The notes under the pieces are model-generated. The model saw nothing but the letters and a program-made list of their open reading frames with translations, did no database searches and was not told the origin of the DNA. A stretch of DNA of 64,000 nt from Sphyrna mokarran (lineage: Eukaryota): assembly GCA_024679065.1 (NCBI GenBank), contig JAGIQG010000020.1, forward strand, positions 17,608,001-17,672,000, read 5' to 3'. Of this stretch, positions 52,115 through 64,000 are shown piece after piece. The position numbers were made by a program, and so were the translations under genes. Within the stretch, counting starts at the first letter, position 1. Each line of letters starts with the position of its first letter.

Positions 52115-52650
52115 ATTAATGAAGGAAGACAAATGGATTTGTCGCCAGCAAATCACGTTTAATTTGGATGAGTTTTTCAATGAAGTAGCAAAGAGATTTG
52201 AAGATAATGAGCGTCCAAGAGGTATTTGGTAAAGTGCCACATAACAAACTTGTCAGGAAACACATGGAATAAAAGTGAGAGTGGCAGTGTGGATGTGAAG
52301 TGGTAGGAGTGAGGGGAAACAGAGTAATGGTGAACACACTGGTTTTTTCACACTGGAATGAGGTGTACACCGGGAATCCCCAAGGGTCAGTATTACATTT
52401 TGTGATTTATATTAATGGTCTTGACTTGGGTATGCTGGGAATCAGTTTCAAAATTTGCAGATGGAGCAAAACTTGGAATTATTGAGGGCTGTAAGGGGGG
52501 ATAGTGGCAGATTTCAGGAGGATGTATGCAGGCTGGTGGATTGGGAAGACACGTGGCAGATGGAACTTAATACTGTGAAGAGATGCTTTTTGGTCGGAAG
52601 AACGTGCAGAGGCTGTATTGAATAGAAGGTGAGGGATCTCAGTGTGGATA
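52115..52650 (+). mobile_element. Decayed CR1 RT fragment
   Basis: G.PQGSVL..FVIYIN.LD; KFAD. Confidence 0.7.
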
Positions 52651-52654
52651 ATTT

Positions 52655-52895
52655 AGGTGGCATGGTGGCACTGTGGTTAGCACTGCTGCCTCACAACGCC
52701 AGGGACCCAGATTTGATTCCTGGCTTGGGTCACTGTCTGTGCAGAGTCTACATGTTCTCCCTATGTCTGCGTAGGTTTCCTCTGGGTGCTCTGATTTCCA
52801 TTTACAATTAGCGTTATAAATACAGGGATAGGGCCCTGGGTGGGATTGTGTTTGGTGCAGTAGATGGACTGAATGGCCTCCCCCTACACTGTATG
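52655..52895 (+). mobile_element. V-SINE, tail A, internally deleted
   Basis: ggtggcatggtggcactgtggttagcactgctgcc head; gatggactgaatggcc tail. Confidence 0.85.
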
Positions 52896-53021
52896 GCACT
52901 GTTTCTCTGGTTCAGCTGACCTAAACTGATACAGAACCTAATGAACATAATAGCTTCACAGAGCAGTCAGCTCAGTCGGACAGCAAGATGAAAGGATGCC
53001 ACAGAGTGGGCTCCTTAACCA

Positions 53022-54253
53022 GTTTCTGTAATGAACAGTATTTTCATTTCCATTTGAAAAGGCAAATGAAAAAGCAAGTACAAATAAGAAAAGGCCTGTG
53101 GATACTGTCAAAAGCGTCAAGTACACAGATGCGTACAGGGGCCTGAGATAGTTGAGCCGCCTTTGATAGTGTGTTGCTTGCTTATAGTTCAAGATGAAAG
53201 AGAGGGAAAGACACATGAATGTCTGATGTCATTGCATGTCATGTGACTAATCCTCCAGGGATGCATTGGTTTACATGTAAAGAAACCGAATGATATGTTG
53301 ACCTTCATTGCGAGAGGATTTGAGTGTAGGAATAGGGAGGTTTTCTAATGTGGATAAAGGTGAGGTTATGCACTTTGATAGCAAGAATAGGAAGACAGAT
53401 TATTATGTGAATGGGTGTAAACTGAGAGAGAGATGAATACTCAGTGTACGTTGGTGTCTTGTGCATCAGTCACTGAAAGTAAGCGCGTAAATGCAGCAGG
53501 GAGTAAGGAAGGCAAATGATATGTTGGCCTTCATAGTAAGAGGATTTGAGTGTAGGAAAAAGATGGTTTACTGCGATTGTATAGGGCACTGATGAGGTGA
53601 TGAGGCCGTACCTGGAGTATTGTGTACAATTTTGGTTGCCTTATCTGAGGAAGGATGTCCTTGCTATAGAGGGAGTGCAGCAAAGGTTTACCAGGCTGAT
53701 TTCTGGCAAGGCAGGTCTGTCATATGAGGAGAGACTAAATCAGTTGGGATTATATTCATTAGGAATCTCATATAAACTTATAAAATTCACACAGTATTAG
53801 GGTAGATTCAGAATGAATATTCTCAATGGTGGGGGAGTCCAGAATTAGGGATCATAGTTTGAGGATGAGAGGTAAACCTTTTAGGACTGAGGAGGAGAAA
53901 TTTCTTCACTGAAAGAGCGACAAATCAATGGAATTCACTACCACAGGAAGTAGTTGTGACCAAAACGTTGTCTGCTTTCATGAAGAAATTAGATATAGCT
54001 CTTGAAGTTAAACAGATCAAGGGTTATGGAGGGAATCAGGATTTGCTGGTCAGCCATGATCAAAACGAATGGTGGAGCAAACTCGATGGGTCGAATGGCC
54101 TACTCCCTCTTCTAGTTTCTATGTTTCTGTAATGAACAGTATTTTCATTTCCATTTGAAAAGGCAAATGAAAAAGCAAGTACAAATAAGAAAAGGCCTGT
54201 GGATATTGTCAAAAGCGTCAAGTACACAGATGCGTACAGGGGCCCTAGATAGT
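53022..54253 (+). repeat. ~131-bp direct repeat (53022-53152 and 54123-54253) bracketing a CR1
   Basis: Two copies differ at about three positions. Confidence 0.9.
53280..54128 (+). mobile_element. CR1 LINE 3' portion
   Basis: RPYLEYCVQFW.PYLRKDV.AIEGVQ.RFTRLI; gatgggtcgaatggcc..ttctatgtttct tail. Confidence 0.88.
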
Positions 54254-55029
54254 GCAAATGCTTCCTACAGTCAAGAATCTTTACCCAGTCAGACCAATAT
54301 TGTCTTTTGTTATTATTGTTTCCTTCAATTCTCAGCTCCCTCCCCCCTCATTGTGTGCCAAGATCTGTCCATTTTTCTTAACATTGAGCGTTGAAATGTT
54401 AGATGTCTTTAAAATGTGGCTTCAAGTCTCAAAATATTTATGGAGAGTGGAAGTTGATAATCGAGTCAAAAATCAACACACGTTTCTAGCAGAAGAAAAC
54501 ACTGTGACCTTTGCTCCTTTCCTGGTGTTGCTGGATATTGTTTTACAATGTATGTAAGTGCGCCTCCATTTAATTTTTGCACTTTGTTCTTTCAAAGGAA
54601 TAAATGCCATGAAGCTGGAGTGTAGTTGTGTTTAAAGGGCCAGATTTATAGCAGAAAGTTATTTTTGAAGGCTTAAGGGAGGCCTTAATATAAAAGTTTC
54701 CTTTTAGCTGTCCATTGAGAAATTAGCAAGTAGTGTGAAAAATTACTCGTCACTGATTGTCAAGATTCCATGTCCCAGTGAATTCTGGAACATGCTGCTA
54801 ACACTTTTCAGACAAGGTGTTTGGGGAAGTTCTGTCAACGCAGAGTGCAAAGGTTACAGATGTCAGCAGAAGTGTAACTAAAGCATTCTCTATAATAACT
54901 GTAACAAGGCTGATAGAAATCATTTAGTGTGACTCTCTATTCTATTTCTCTGTCGTTGTAAATGCTCATTGAATCACTCTGAGTGGCTCTTGTTCTGCTG
55001 ACTCTTTGGTATTCAGCAGGCATATTATT

Positions 55030-55270
55030 TATTTACTTCATTTATTCGTGTCACAAACAAGCTTACACTGCAGTGAAATTACTATGGAAGTCCCCTTGTT
55101 GCCACGCTCCAGCGCCTGATCGGGTCCATTGAGAGAGAGTTTAGCATGGCCAATGCATCTAACCAGCACATCTTTCAGACTGTAGGAGGAAACCTACACA
55201 GACGTTGGGGGAATGTGCAGATTTCGCACGGACAGTGACCCAAGCCGAGTATTGAACCCAGGTCCCTTTA
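55030..55270 (-). mobile_element. V-SINE, tail B
   Basis: gtcacaa..acactgcagtgaaattact; tttagcatggccaatgca. Confidence 0.8.
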
Positions 55271-56694
55271 CAGGCTTGTAAGAGAAAGTGATGTGATTCA
55301 GTGGTTTTCAGTGATGCGCCTTTGCACCTATGTTCTTGATATTCGTTATGCTGTTTGGACCTTTGGGACCACTGAGGTACAATAATGCTTACTTTGGAAT
55401 ATGCTTGATTTACGAAAGTGATCTTCTCTTTATTCTTTATAACCAAGAAGCCACAGATATTCTCGGATGGGAATCTAAATCTAGATTACTGCAATATTGC
55501 TATTGATGCAGATGTAAGAACATTCTTGTGTAATATGGATGGTGTGAACAGCTCCTCTCCCTGATGAGGACAATTTCTCAACATATTGCAATATCCCTGT
55601 ACATAGGAAGCTGAGGCATAAAGGCTAATAATTCAGGGCACTTCCATCATTCACACATAAAGATCTGGAGTCTTGTTGTTGCTGTCTCTCTGTGATCCCT
55701 GTGTTGCTGGCTTGATCTAGTTTCATTTTCGGTCCCTTACACCATACTACTGCTCGCAGCCGATAGTATGTCTCACGATCGTCAATTTTCAGTTCCAGCT
55801 TTCTGGAATCACATTAACAAATTTGAAGTTTAGCACCGCAAGGAAGCATGAAGGTGTTACAACGGATTCTTTAAAATACATCAAGTTTTGTTTTGTAATT
55901 TCTTTTCAAATCTCTCCCACCCCACCCACTCCTTTCACCCTGGCTTCTTGAAGAAGCCATCTCATGCTGGACTATGGTTCTGTAAATTCTAGTAGATCCT
56001 CTGATATCCAAGTGACTATTTTTCCTGTGTGTGTGTGTTGACAGTGAATACAGGTAGGTTATTAAACCATAAAAGGGAATCATAGCTTGCCTCTACCCTA
56101 TCTTATGCCGGCATCCATGTTGCTGCATTGTCTACCTGGAGTTATTGGATAACACTCGATTGAAAAACTCCTGGCTGATGATGTTTCTAGTCCAGTGGGT
56201 TGGGGATTAATCATGTCCCCCCACCCCACCCCACCCCAAACCCCTAATATCTATCTGGGATTAGTTAGCTTAGCTTTAAGTAGGAATTGGGGCTGCAACT
56301 TTTTTGGTTTGTAGGCCAATGAGCCATGCCATGTAGCACATTTACCCAGGAAACCATTGAGATGATCCATATTGCATTGGTGAAGACCAGACTTTTGTAC
56401 TTGTGAAATGTGGAAGAGTGGTGACATTGGACCATGACAGTTTTTTTTCCATACGAAAGAACTAAAATTGCTGTATCTGTCATCTGTCTAACACAATGCA
56501 CTAATATGATGTCCAAATGCTCCTCTGGAATAAAATGGAAACACAGATTGAGGGTGGTTATGAGGATGATTGGCATTATCTTGGTGCGCTAGTCCTACTC
56601 CCCTCCAGGTTTGCTCTCTTTAGCATTTGGAAGAGAGATGCGCCAGGTATCTGGTGCATCAGGTACCAGGTATTTTAGAAATGATGATAACATT

Positions 56695-57095
56695 TAAGTT
56701 ATGAAGAAAGGTTGGATAGGCTTGGGTAGTTTCCATTGGAGCAGAGAAGACTGAAGGGCGACCTGATCAAGTTGTACAAGATTATGAGGGACATGGACAG
56801 AGTGGATAAGGAGCAGCTGATCATCTTATTTGAAGGGTCAGTTACAAGAGGACATAAATTCAAGATGAGGGGCAGGAAGTTCAGGATGGATGTGAGGAAA
56901 ACCTTGACTTGGAATGCACTGCCTGAGAGGGTAGTAGACATCACATCCTTTAGAAAGAATCCGGATGAAAACATGGCATGTCATAACATTCAGGGTTATG
57001 GGCCAAGTGTTCGTAGATTAGGTGGGATTCCAGCTAACGTGTTGGTGTGGGTTTGATGGACTGAAAGCTCTCTTCTGCATTCTATAGTTCCATGA
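56695..57095 (+). mobile_element. CR1 3' fragment
   Basis: ORF 56736-57056 QRRLKGDLIKLYKIMR.MDRVD..VTRGHKFK..WNALP. Confidence 0.85.
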
Positions 57096-57109
57096 TGGGT
57101 GTGATGATT

Positions 57110-57345
57110 GTGTTCAGATGCCTGAAGATTGCCACTTTAACCATGAAATGTCGAATGTCCTTCAAAGAGACAAATCTGCTATCCTTATCTGATCTGGCCT
57201 AGCTTAACTTGTGACATTGGAACCACTGCAGTGTGATTATCTCTCAACTGCCCTCTGAAGTGGCCTAGAAAACTATTCAGTTCAAGAGCAACTAAGGATG
57301 GGAAATAAATATTGGCTAGTCAGTGATACCCATGTCCCATGAGTA
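57110..57345 (+). mobile_element. Second-family SINE, 3' half
   Basis: aaatctgctatcctta..ctgccctctgaagtggccta..ggatgggaaataaat. Confidence 0.65.
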
Positions 57346-57861
57346 AAACCATGTAGGGAACATGTCAAAATATAACCCACAAATACATTTCTGTTTTCAT
57401 AAAACTATTTTTATTCTAGATGCTTTTGACTTCACATAGTTGAATCTTATAATTTCCTATATCACGTGTATGGCTAAATGAACCAACCAGCATAGAAACA
57501 GCAAACTGTGAGCACATTTCAACTACTTGTTCTACACAATACTGTAAAGATTGCAGAAAGGTAGTAGAATAATACTTTGAGTTAGACTGTAATATGCAGA
57601 CAAATGTATTTAGTAGTACAAACAAACAGCAGAAAGACCAGGATACACATTTTTAAAATAGTTATATTTTAAGAATAGTAGCATTTTATTAGCTCCTCTT
57701 CATACGATTTTCAGTTGTCTAAATTTCAGGCAGACAGCCCTTTTTTTTGAAGGATACAAACAAATTAACTGGAAAATATATATATCTGGTAAATGGTGGC
57801 TGGTGTTTTGTGATTTTAAATAACGTGAATTGAAAAATATTAGTTAATCAAACATTTCGTT

Positions 57862-58150
57862 AGAATCATAGAATCCCTATAGAGCAGAAGGAGGCCATTC
57901 AGCCCATTGTGCCTGCACCAAAGACAATTCCACACAGATCCTTGTAACCCCACATATTTACCCTATTAATCCTCTGGCACTAAGAAACAATTTAGCATGG
58001 CCAATCCCATCTGCACATCTTGGGACTGTGGGAGGAAACCCATGCAGACACAGGGAAAACATGCAAACTCCACACACAGTGATCCAGGATGTGAATTGAA
58101 CACAGGTCTCTGACACGGTGATGCAACAGTGCTGTCCACCGTGCCGCCCA
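57862..58150 (-). mobile_element. V-SINE, tail A
   Basis: tagaatcatagaatccc..ggaggccattcagccc; ccaccgtgccgccc head. Confidence 0.85.
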
Positions 58151-59193
58151 CTGAATAAATCTCAGCTTGGTTTCTTGTGCAACTGTTTTTTTAAAACCTC
58201 AGCATTTCCAAGATGTTCTGAAATGTCTGTTTGATTTATTTAGCATTTGGAAATCAATAGGAGCTGCAGGAGAGCTTGTTCGTAATGCAGAGCACGGTAG
58301 ATTCATATTTTGTTTTTCGGTCTGCTGTAACAAAGCCCTGTAAAAAGATTAACTCTAAGGAGAATGAAAAAAAGGAAAGCAATATGTAAATATCTCCAGA
58401 ATGAAGTGGAGAAATCCTTCAAAATATGGCAACTTATATTTGAAGTCCAGACAATTCCACACTTGTCGAATGGAGAAAAACATTTCACTAATTACTCTTC
58501 TGACTGAACGAACGTATGAAACCCTCTGATCCCACATTGGTTGATTTTATCCTAAAATCATTGGCTGTTTGTCTGGAATTTAAATAATTAATCTGGTGTA
58601 TGTGAACAATGATATGATTAAACCACAGGAGGGTTTAAACTGAATCCTCAATGAACGCACCAAATGCCAGCCCCCAAAAAGCACTGTGTGATTCCTGGAT
58701 TCTCTATGTTCTCTCTCTCTCTCTCTCTCTCAGTGTAATGCACAGTTTCTACATTGATTATTCTGATGTTATCCTTTGTGTGTCAAAAGAGGAGATGGGG
58801 AGTTCCTGGGAGAGTACCGTATGCCCGAGAGCTCCTTGGGCAGGAAGGTTTTCTGACCGTGCCTGAGAGAAAATTTATCTCACTGAAGTGACTTTATATT
58901 AATATTTCAGAATGAACGTTATGGATGTGAGGATGTTTTGTGCAGTCACAGAATTTCTTTTTTGATTCTTCCTGAGCAATTTACATTTCCACGTTGTCTT
59001 TGGTAAACTAAAATATTTGAAAAGAAGTAATAGACAAATGATTTTGCAATTTAAAATCTAGTGAAAGAATTAGTTATAGTTTTGCCTGTTTTTTTCTTTA
59101 CTCTTGAACAATATTTCTGTTCCACGATGGGTGATATTCTTTTTCCATTGAATCCCTCATGATTGTTCCTTTTCCTGTTTGGCCAGGTTACAA

Positions 59194-59195
<2 letters not shown>

Positions 59196-59226
<31 letters not shown>

Positions 59227-59245
59227 TCCCCCCCTCCCCCCCCAT
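59196..59245. repeat. (CT)n microsatellite / C-rich tract (others: (GT)n 5226-5241, (CT)n 16106-16123, 58709-58731)
   Basis: Directly visible. Confidence 0.9.
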
Positions 59246-59339
59246 AATTTGGCCTGGTTCATCTTTAGAACCAAGATGGCAACCTGATCTTTAGTCTCTG
59301 CACCCCTCAGCTGTCCATTGGAGCTTCAGTTACCCGTCC

Positions 59340-60100
59340 AATTTGATTTATTATTGTCGCATGTATTAATATAGAGTGAAAAGTATTGTTCCTTGCATGC
59401 TACACAAACAAAGCATACCCTTCATAGAGAAGGAAATGCGAGAGTACAGAATGAAGTGTTACAGTTAATAGCAAGAGTGTAAAAAAAAATCAACTTAATG
59501 CAAGGTAAGTCCATGCAATAGTCTGATGGCAGAAGGGAAGAAGCTGTTCTTGAGTAGGTAACCTCAGACTTTTATATCTTTTTCCTCACAGAAACAGATG
59601 AAAGAGAAAATGTCCGGGGCACATGGAGTTATTAGTTATGCTGGTGGCTTTGTCGAGGCAGCGGGAAGTGTAGACAGAGTCGATGGATGGGAGGCAGGTT
59701 TGTTTGATGGATTGGGCAATATTCACAATGTTTTGAAGTTCCTTGCTGTCTTAGGTAGAGCGGGAGTCACATCAAGGTGTGTTACCACCAGATAGAATGC
59801 TTTCTATGGTGCATCTGTAAAAGTGGTGAGAGTCATAGCTGACATTCCAAATTTCCTTAGACTTCTGAGAAAGTAGAAGCATTGGTGATGGGCTTTCTTA
59901 ACTGTAGTGTCGGCACGGGGGAACCAGGGCAAGTCATTGGTGATCTGGATATCTAAAAACTTGAAGTTCTTGACCATTTCTACTTCATCCTTGTTGATGT
60001 AGACAGGGGCATGTTTTTCGTTATGCTTCCTGAAGTCGGTGAGGGAGAGATTATTGTTGCTGCAGCAGTTCACCAGATTCTTTATCTCATTCCTGTACTC
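59340..60100 (-). mobile_element. Rex1/Babar-like LINE 3' portion
   Basis: VEMVKNFKFL..ITNDL.W....DTTVKKA..YFLRSLRKF. Confidence 0.85.
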
Positions 60101-60323
60101 TGAAACCAGATTTCAGCATTGTTATGTGCGATTGACAATATTTGTCATTTTGCAGACTGAACTGTGCCTGAGCATGGATGATTCGACTCCACACCTATAG
60201 GTTTGTGTCCAGGCTTGTGTAGCCTTACACTGGCTGACCAGTGCCTTGGTTTTAAAATTTGTTGTTTGTGACCTAACCATTCCCTTTTCTTATTATATCT
60301 TGCAGTTCACAATCACCCTAGGT

Positions 60324-60972
60324 GCTGGATTTTCTGGCCATGCTCACCCCAAAACCTAAGAATTCCACCCAAGATCAATGGATCTTTGCATGGCGTGCCC
60401 CTCTCCACCCCGTCCACTACGATTTCTGTGGAGGGAACATAGAACATAGAACATTACAGCACAGAACAGGCCCTTCGGCCTTCGATGTTGCGCCGACCAA
60501 TATAAAAAGCAATGCCCCTCCAAACTAAACCATTCCCTTCTCTTCCATATACTTATCAACTAACCTCTTAAACGCCACCAAACTTGGCGCATCTACAACT
60601 GCTGCAGGCAGGGCATTCCACTCCCGAACCACCCTTTGGGTAAAGAACCTACCTCTGATATCCGTCCTATAACTATCACCCCTTAATTTAAAGCTGTGTC
60701 CCCTCGTGCTAGCTTTCTCCATCCTAGGAAAAAGGCTATCACTGTCCACCCTATCTAAACCTCTAATCATCTTATATGTTTCGATAAGGTCCCCTCTTAG
60801 CCGCCTCCTTTCTAACGAAAACAACCTCAAATCCCTCAGCCTCTCTTCATAAGACCTGCCCTCCATACCAGGCAACATCCTGGTAAACCTCCTCTGTACC
60901 CTCTCCAAAGCCTCCACATCTTTCTTATAATGTGGGGACCAGAACTGCACACAATACAATGGAAAACTCCCC
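60324..60972 (+). mobile_element. ~130-bp MITE-like element, copy 3, split by a young CR1
   Basis: ggattttctggcc start; ggaaaactcc end resumes after the CR1. Confidence 0.5.
60435..60957 (-). mobile_element. Young 5'-truncated CR1, same family as 8629-9279
   Basis: ORF 60525-60959 identical in protein; (CATAGAA)n tail. Confidence 0.95.
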
Positions 60973-61749
60973 CCAAGATCTCTATTCCTCCAACTCTCTT
61001 CATTTCCAGTTCCTTAGGAACCTAGACCTCTCCACTGCTCTGAATTCTTTTCAGATGCTCCTTAAAATCTAGCTCTTTCATCGAACTCTTAGTCACCTAT
61101 CTTACTGTGGTTCCAAATTTTTGCCTCTTGTCGAATCTTGACAGAATGCTATCCAATGAAGTACCTTTTATGGTTATCTACCTTAGTGGCGCTATTTAAA
61201 AGCAAATTATTGGTTGGAGAAGATCTCACTCAGAGCTGACTTTATTTTGGCCACACAATTATTTGGAGTAGAAGAAAAAAGACAATCCATTTCATTTTTC
61301 AAGGGGAAATAATTCAGGTAGTCATCACGACATTTCTCTGAAAGCAGGCTCAGTCACTTGTCTCACCCCAAATTCTATTTTTGTTGGCATTGATACATAC
61401 CTGACACCACTTCCCTTCAGGAACAATACTTTAACTACATCTTCTGAGGCCCATCATGGTGAACTAGCCCTAAGAGACTTGTGGAGATGAGATTATGGTC
61501 AAGACTTTTTCTCACAAATTAATTTTCTAGCCTCTTTAGCTTTCTACGCTGATTTCCACGGCTCTTATTCTTTTCGATTCTTATTTGCCCTGCTTTTATA
61601 AATCATCACTTAATGCTGAATTGTGTGTAATGGGCCATTGGTAAAATGTTTGACACGTGGAACTACTCAATCTTCATACCCATGGGACTGTTCTCTCCTC
61701 AGGAAAGATAATTCACTTCCTTGTGCACTCCAGATAATATCTGCTTGTC

Positions 61750-62155
61750 TGATAATCTTACTTGATAGCCAAGTTTCATACACATGAGGACAGCTTCAAT
61801 CAGGATCTTGGGTTCATGTCACACTATCTGTAACTCCCACAACTTGTCTGGGCTTGCAAAATCTCACTAACTGTCCTAGCTTGAGACAATTTACTCTTTA
61901 ACATGTGCTTAGCTCTCTCTCCACTTGCGATGTCTACTTGACAAGACTTGACTATCTGTTAAGACTCTCATTCCAACCATTATCTTGTAATTGAGTTTAT
62001 GTCTACATATGTTCTGCTTGTGAACCCAGCTCTTCAGTCAGTCAGGGACAGTACTCTGAAAACTCATGCTACCAAAAAAAATGTTGGACTTTAACTTGGT
62101 GTTGTGAGACTTCTTATTGTACCCATCCTGGTCAATGCTGACATCTCCACATCAT
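61750..62155 (+). mobile_element. PLE family A 3' end
   Basis: gatagccaagttt..acacatgagga..ttggactttaac.tggtgttgtgagacttctta..catctccaca matches 37995-38404. Confidence 0.85.
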
Positions 62156-62216
62156 CTCCGAAAATTTGGCAATTAAATGCCAGTATTGAATTTAGAATAC
62201 CCACCATCGCATTATA

Positions 62217-62556
62217 GAACATAGAACATTACAGCACAGAACAGGCCCTTCAGCCTTCGATGTTGCGCCGACCAATATAAAAAGCAATGCCCCTCCAAAC
62301 TAAACCATTCCCTTCTCTTCCATATACTTATCAACTAACCTCTTAAACGCCACCAAACTTGGCGCATCTACAACTGCTGCAGGCAGGGCATTCCACTCCC
62401 GAACCACCCTTTGGGTAAAGAACCTGCCTCTGATATCCGTCCTATAACTATCACCCCTTAATTTAAAGCTGTGTCCCCTCGTGCTAGCTTTTTCCATCCT
62501 AGGAAAAAGGCTATCACTGTCCACCCTATCTAAACCTCTAATCATCTTATATGTTT
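62217..62556 (-). mobile_element. Young 5'-truncated CR1, third copy
   Basis: ORF 62300-62545 identical in protein; ATTATA at 62211-62216 and 62560-62565. Confidence 0.95.
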
Positions 62557-62674
62557 TATATTATAAGTGACTTCATGATGTGGAACCTGCATAATCCTTC
62601 AAATCTGTTCATTTCTACAAATCTGAATGTGTTGAAGTCAATGTATCTTTCAAAATATACAGATGTTTAAGATA

Positions 62675-62980
62675 TAACAAAGAACAAAACAGCACGGGAA
62701 ACAGGCCCTTTGGCCCAACGAGCCCACGCCGCCACCCCAATGTTCCCACCTCTACCCATGATCCCTGTCTATGTTTATAGATCTATGGATTAAAAACCAA
62801 ATTTGAGACAATTTAGGGAGAATTTGTTCTGCCAATCAGCCTAAGAGCACATCTTTGGGATGTGGGAGGAAACCGGAGCACCCGGAGAGAACCCACGCAA
62901 GCACAGGCAAAATGCGCAAACTCCCACAGACAGGCCCAAATCCATGTATCTGCACAGCACAGTGATAGTCACTAACCTCA
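62675..62980 (-). mobile_element. V-SINE variant with (AACAAAG)-type CR1 tail
   Basis: gtgggaggaaaccggagcacccggag core; acaggccctttggccc stem; tail like 25170-25228. Confidence 0.7.
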
Positions 62981-64000
62981 TTTTCTGTTATGTGATATAA
63001 TGCTGATTATGTCAAAGTTTAAGTCAGAAAGTTTATGTGACTTGGATGAATGTTTTGTCAGATTCAAAATTAGCATTGGATATAGTTGTACTGTGAATGC
63101 ACAACACGAGGAGCACTTGAGTGTAGAAAATATGATCGTGTGCATCACATTCAGATTCTCAGGCACAGCAGGCATCTATATATATATTAGAGGTGGGGGA
63201 GCACTATCCATGACTGAGTTTAATGGTGGTACTGTGCCTTTAGGAAATATATATGCATCATTTATCTTGAGCAGGATTTTCTTTAACAGTTTGTTCTGTT
63301 TTCAGTGCCACGTTGTCTGTACCCATCAGCCCATATCGTTACGGCAGTGTTGTGGGGTGAAGTGAGATGGTCAGTCCTGTCTTCAACTACAGACGATACA
63401 AAACTCCTGAGGCAGATATCTCTGTATAAAGATGTGGCATTTATTTGAAACAAAAACACAACAAGCAGCTGCTCAGAGATTGCCAGAAGTGTTAAATAGC
63501 TCAAGAACAGAGCGACAAAACCTCCCTGATGAATCTAATATGTACAATCAAAAAGTATAGATTTTCTTATCAATCATTCCTGCCTCTCATTAGTTTAAAA
63601 TCAATTACATTTCATAAACACACATCAGTAACAATCACTGATATTCCATCTGGTATAATGATACCTTATTCGTCCATTTAATCCAGACACTAGCTCCCAT
63701 TTTGGCTGAATTAATTTTCCTGTTGTTACGTAATGATGGATGCTTATCACACAGGTCAAAGTGAACATTCCCACTGCATAGATAAGTGATCCTGCATCCA
63801 GGTATGTATCTATTCAATGTCTAAACAATTAATATCCTTATTCATAATGTTGCAAATTGTGTTCCCTCTCCAGAGACTTTCTGAGATGATTTCTGCTAAC
63901 TACCAGGGTTCCCAGGCCTTTGGCTCTGAACTTTTCATCTTTACTATCATACCTTGCAGTAATCTGCTTTTGACTGTAATAGACAATAGTTCATTCAATA

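Noticed and set aside
55560-55580. CTGATGA as another hammerhead
   Set aside because: No helix II or GAAA downstream
61178-61196. CTCF-like CCTTAGTGGCGCT
   Set aside because: Poor match in the 5' half of the core

Overview
Eukaryotic (vertebrate) genomic DNA, almost certainly a shark/cartilaginous fish judging from its repeat families; species cannot be fixed from the sequence. The first 2.5 kb hold the last three coding exons of MED13L (+ strand, stop at 2486-2488), followed by a long, nearly TE-free 3' UTR. The other ~57 kb contain no recognisable host coding exon and look like the start of the gene desert that lies between MED13L and TBX3 in other vertebrates (synteny inferred, not visible here). 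It is filled with tRNA-headed V-SINE/HE1-like SINEs, CR1, Rex1/Babar, RTE and Penelope-like (PLE) retroelements, plus a few TE-free, motif-dense islands. Most notable: (i) three distinct PLE-derived families of fold-back elements, each carrying a minimal hammerhead-ribozyme motif with its own helices, several flanked by 9-13 bp direct repeats; (ii) three near-identical young CR1 copies whose coding differences are all synonymous; (iii) insertion-associated duplications of host DNA; (iv) candidate CTCF sites, enhancers and an unannotated promoter/spliced transcript. Repeat boundaries are read by eye and approximate; family names rest on recalled motifs, not database searches.
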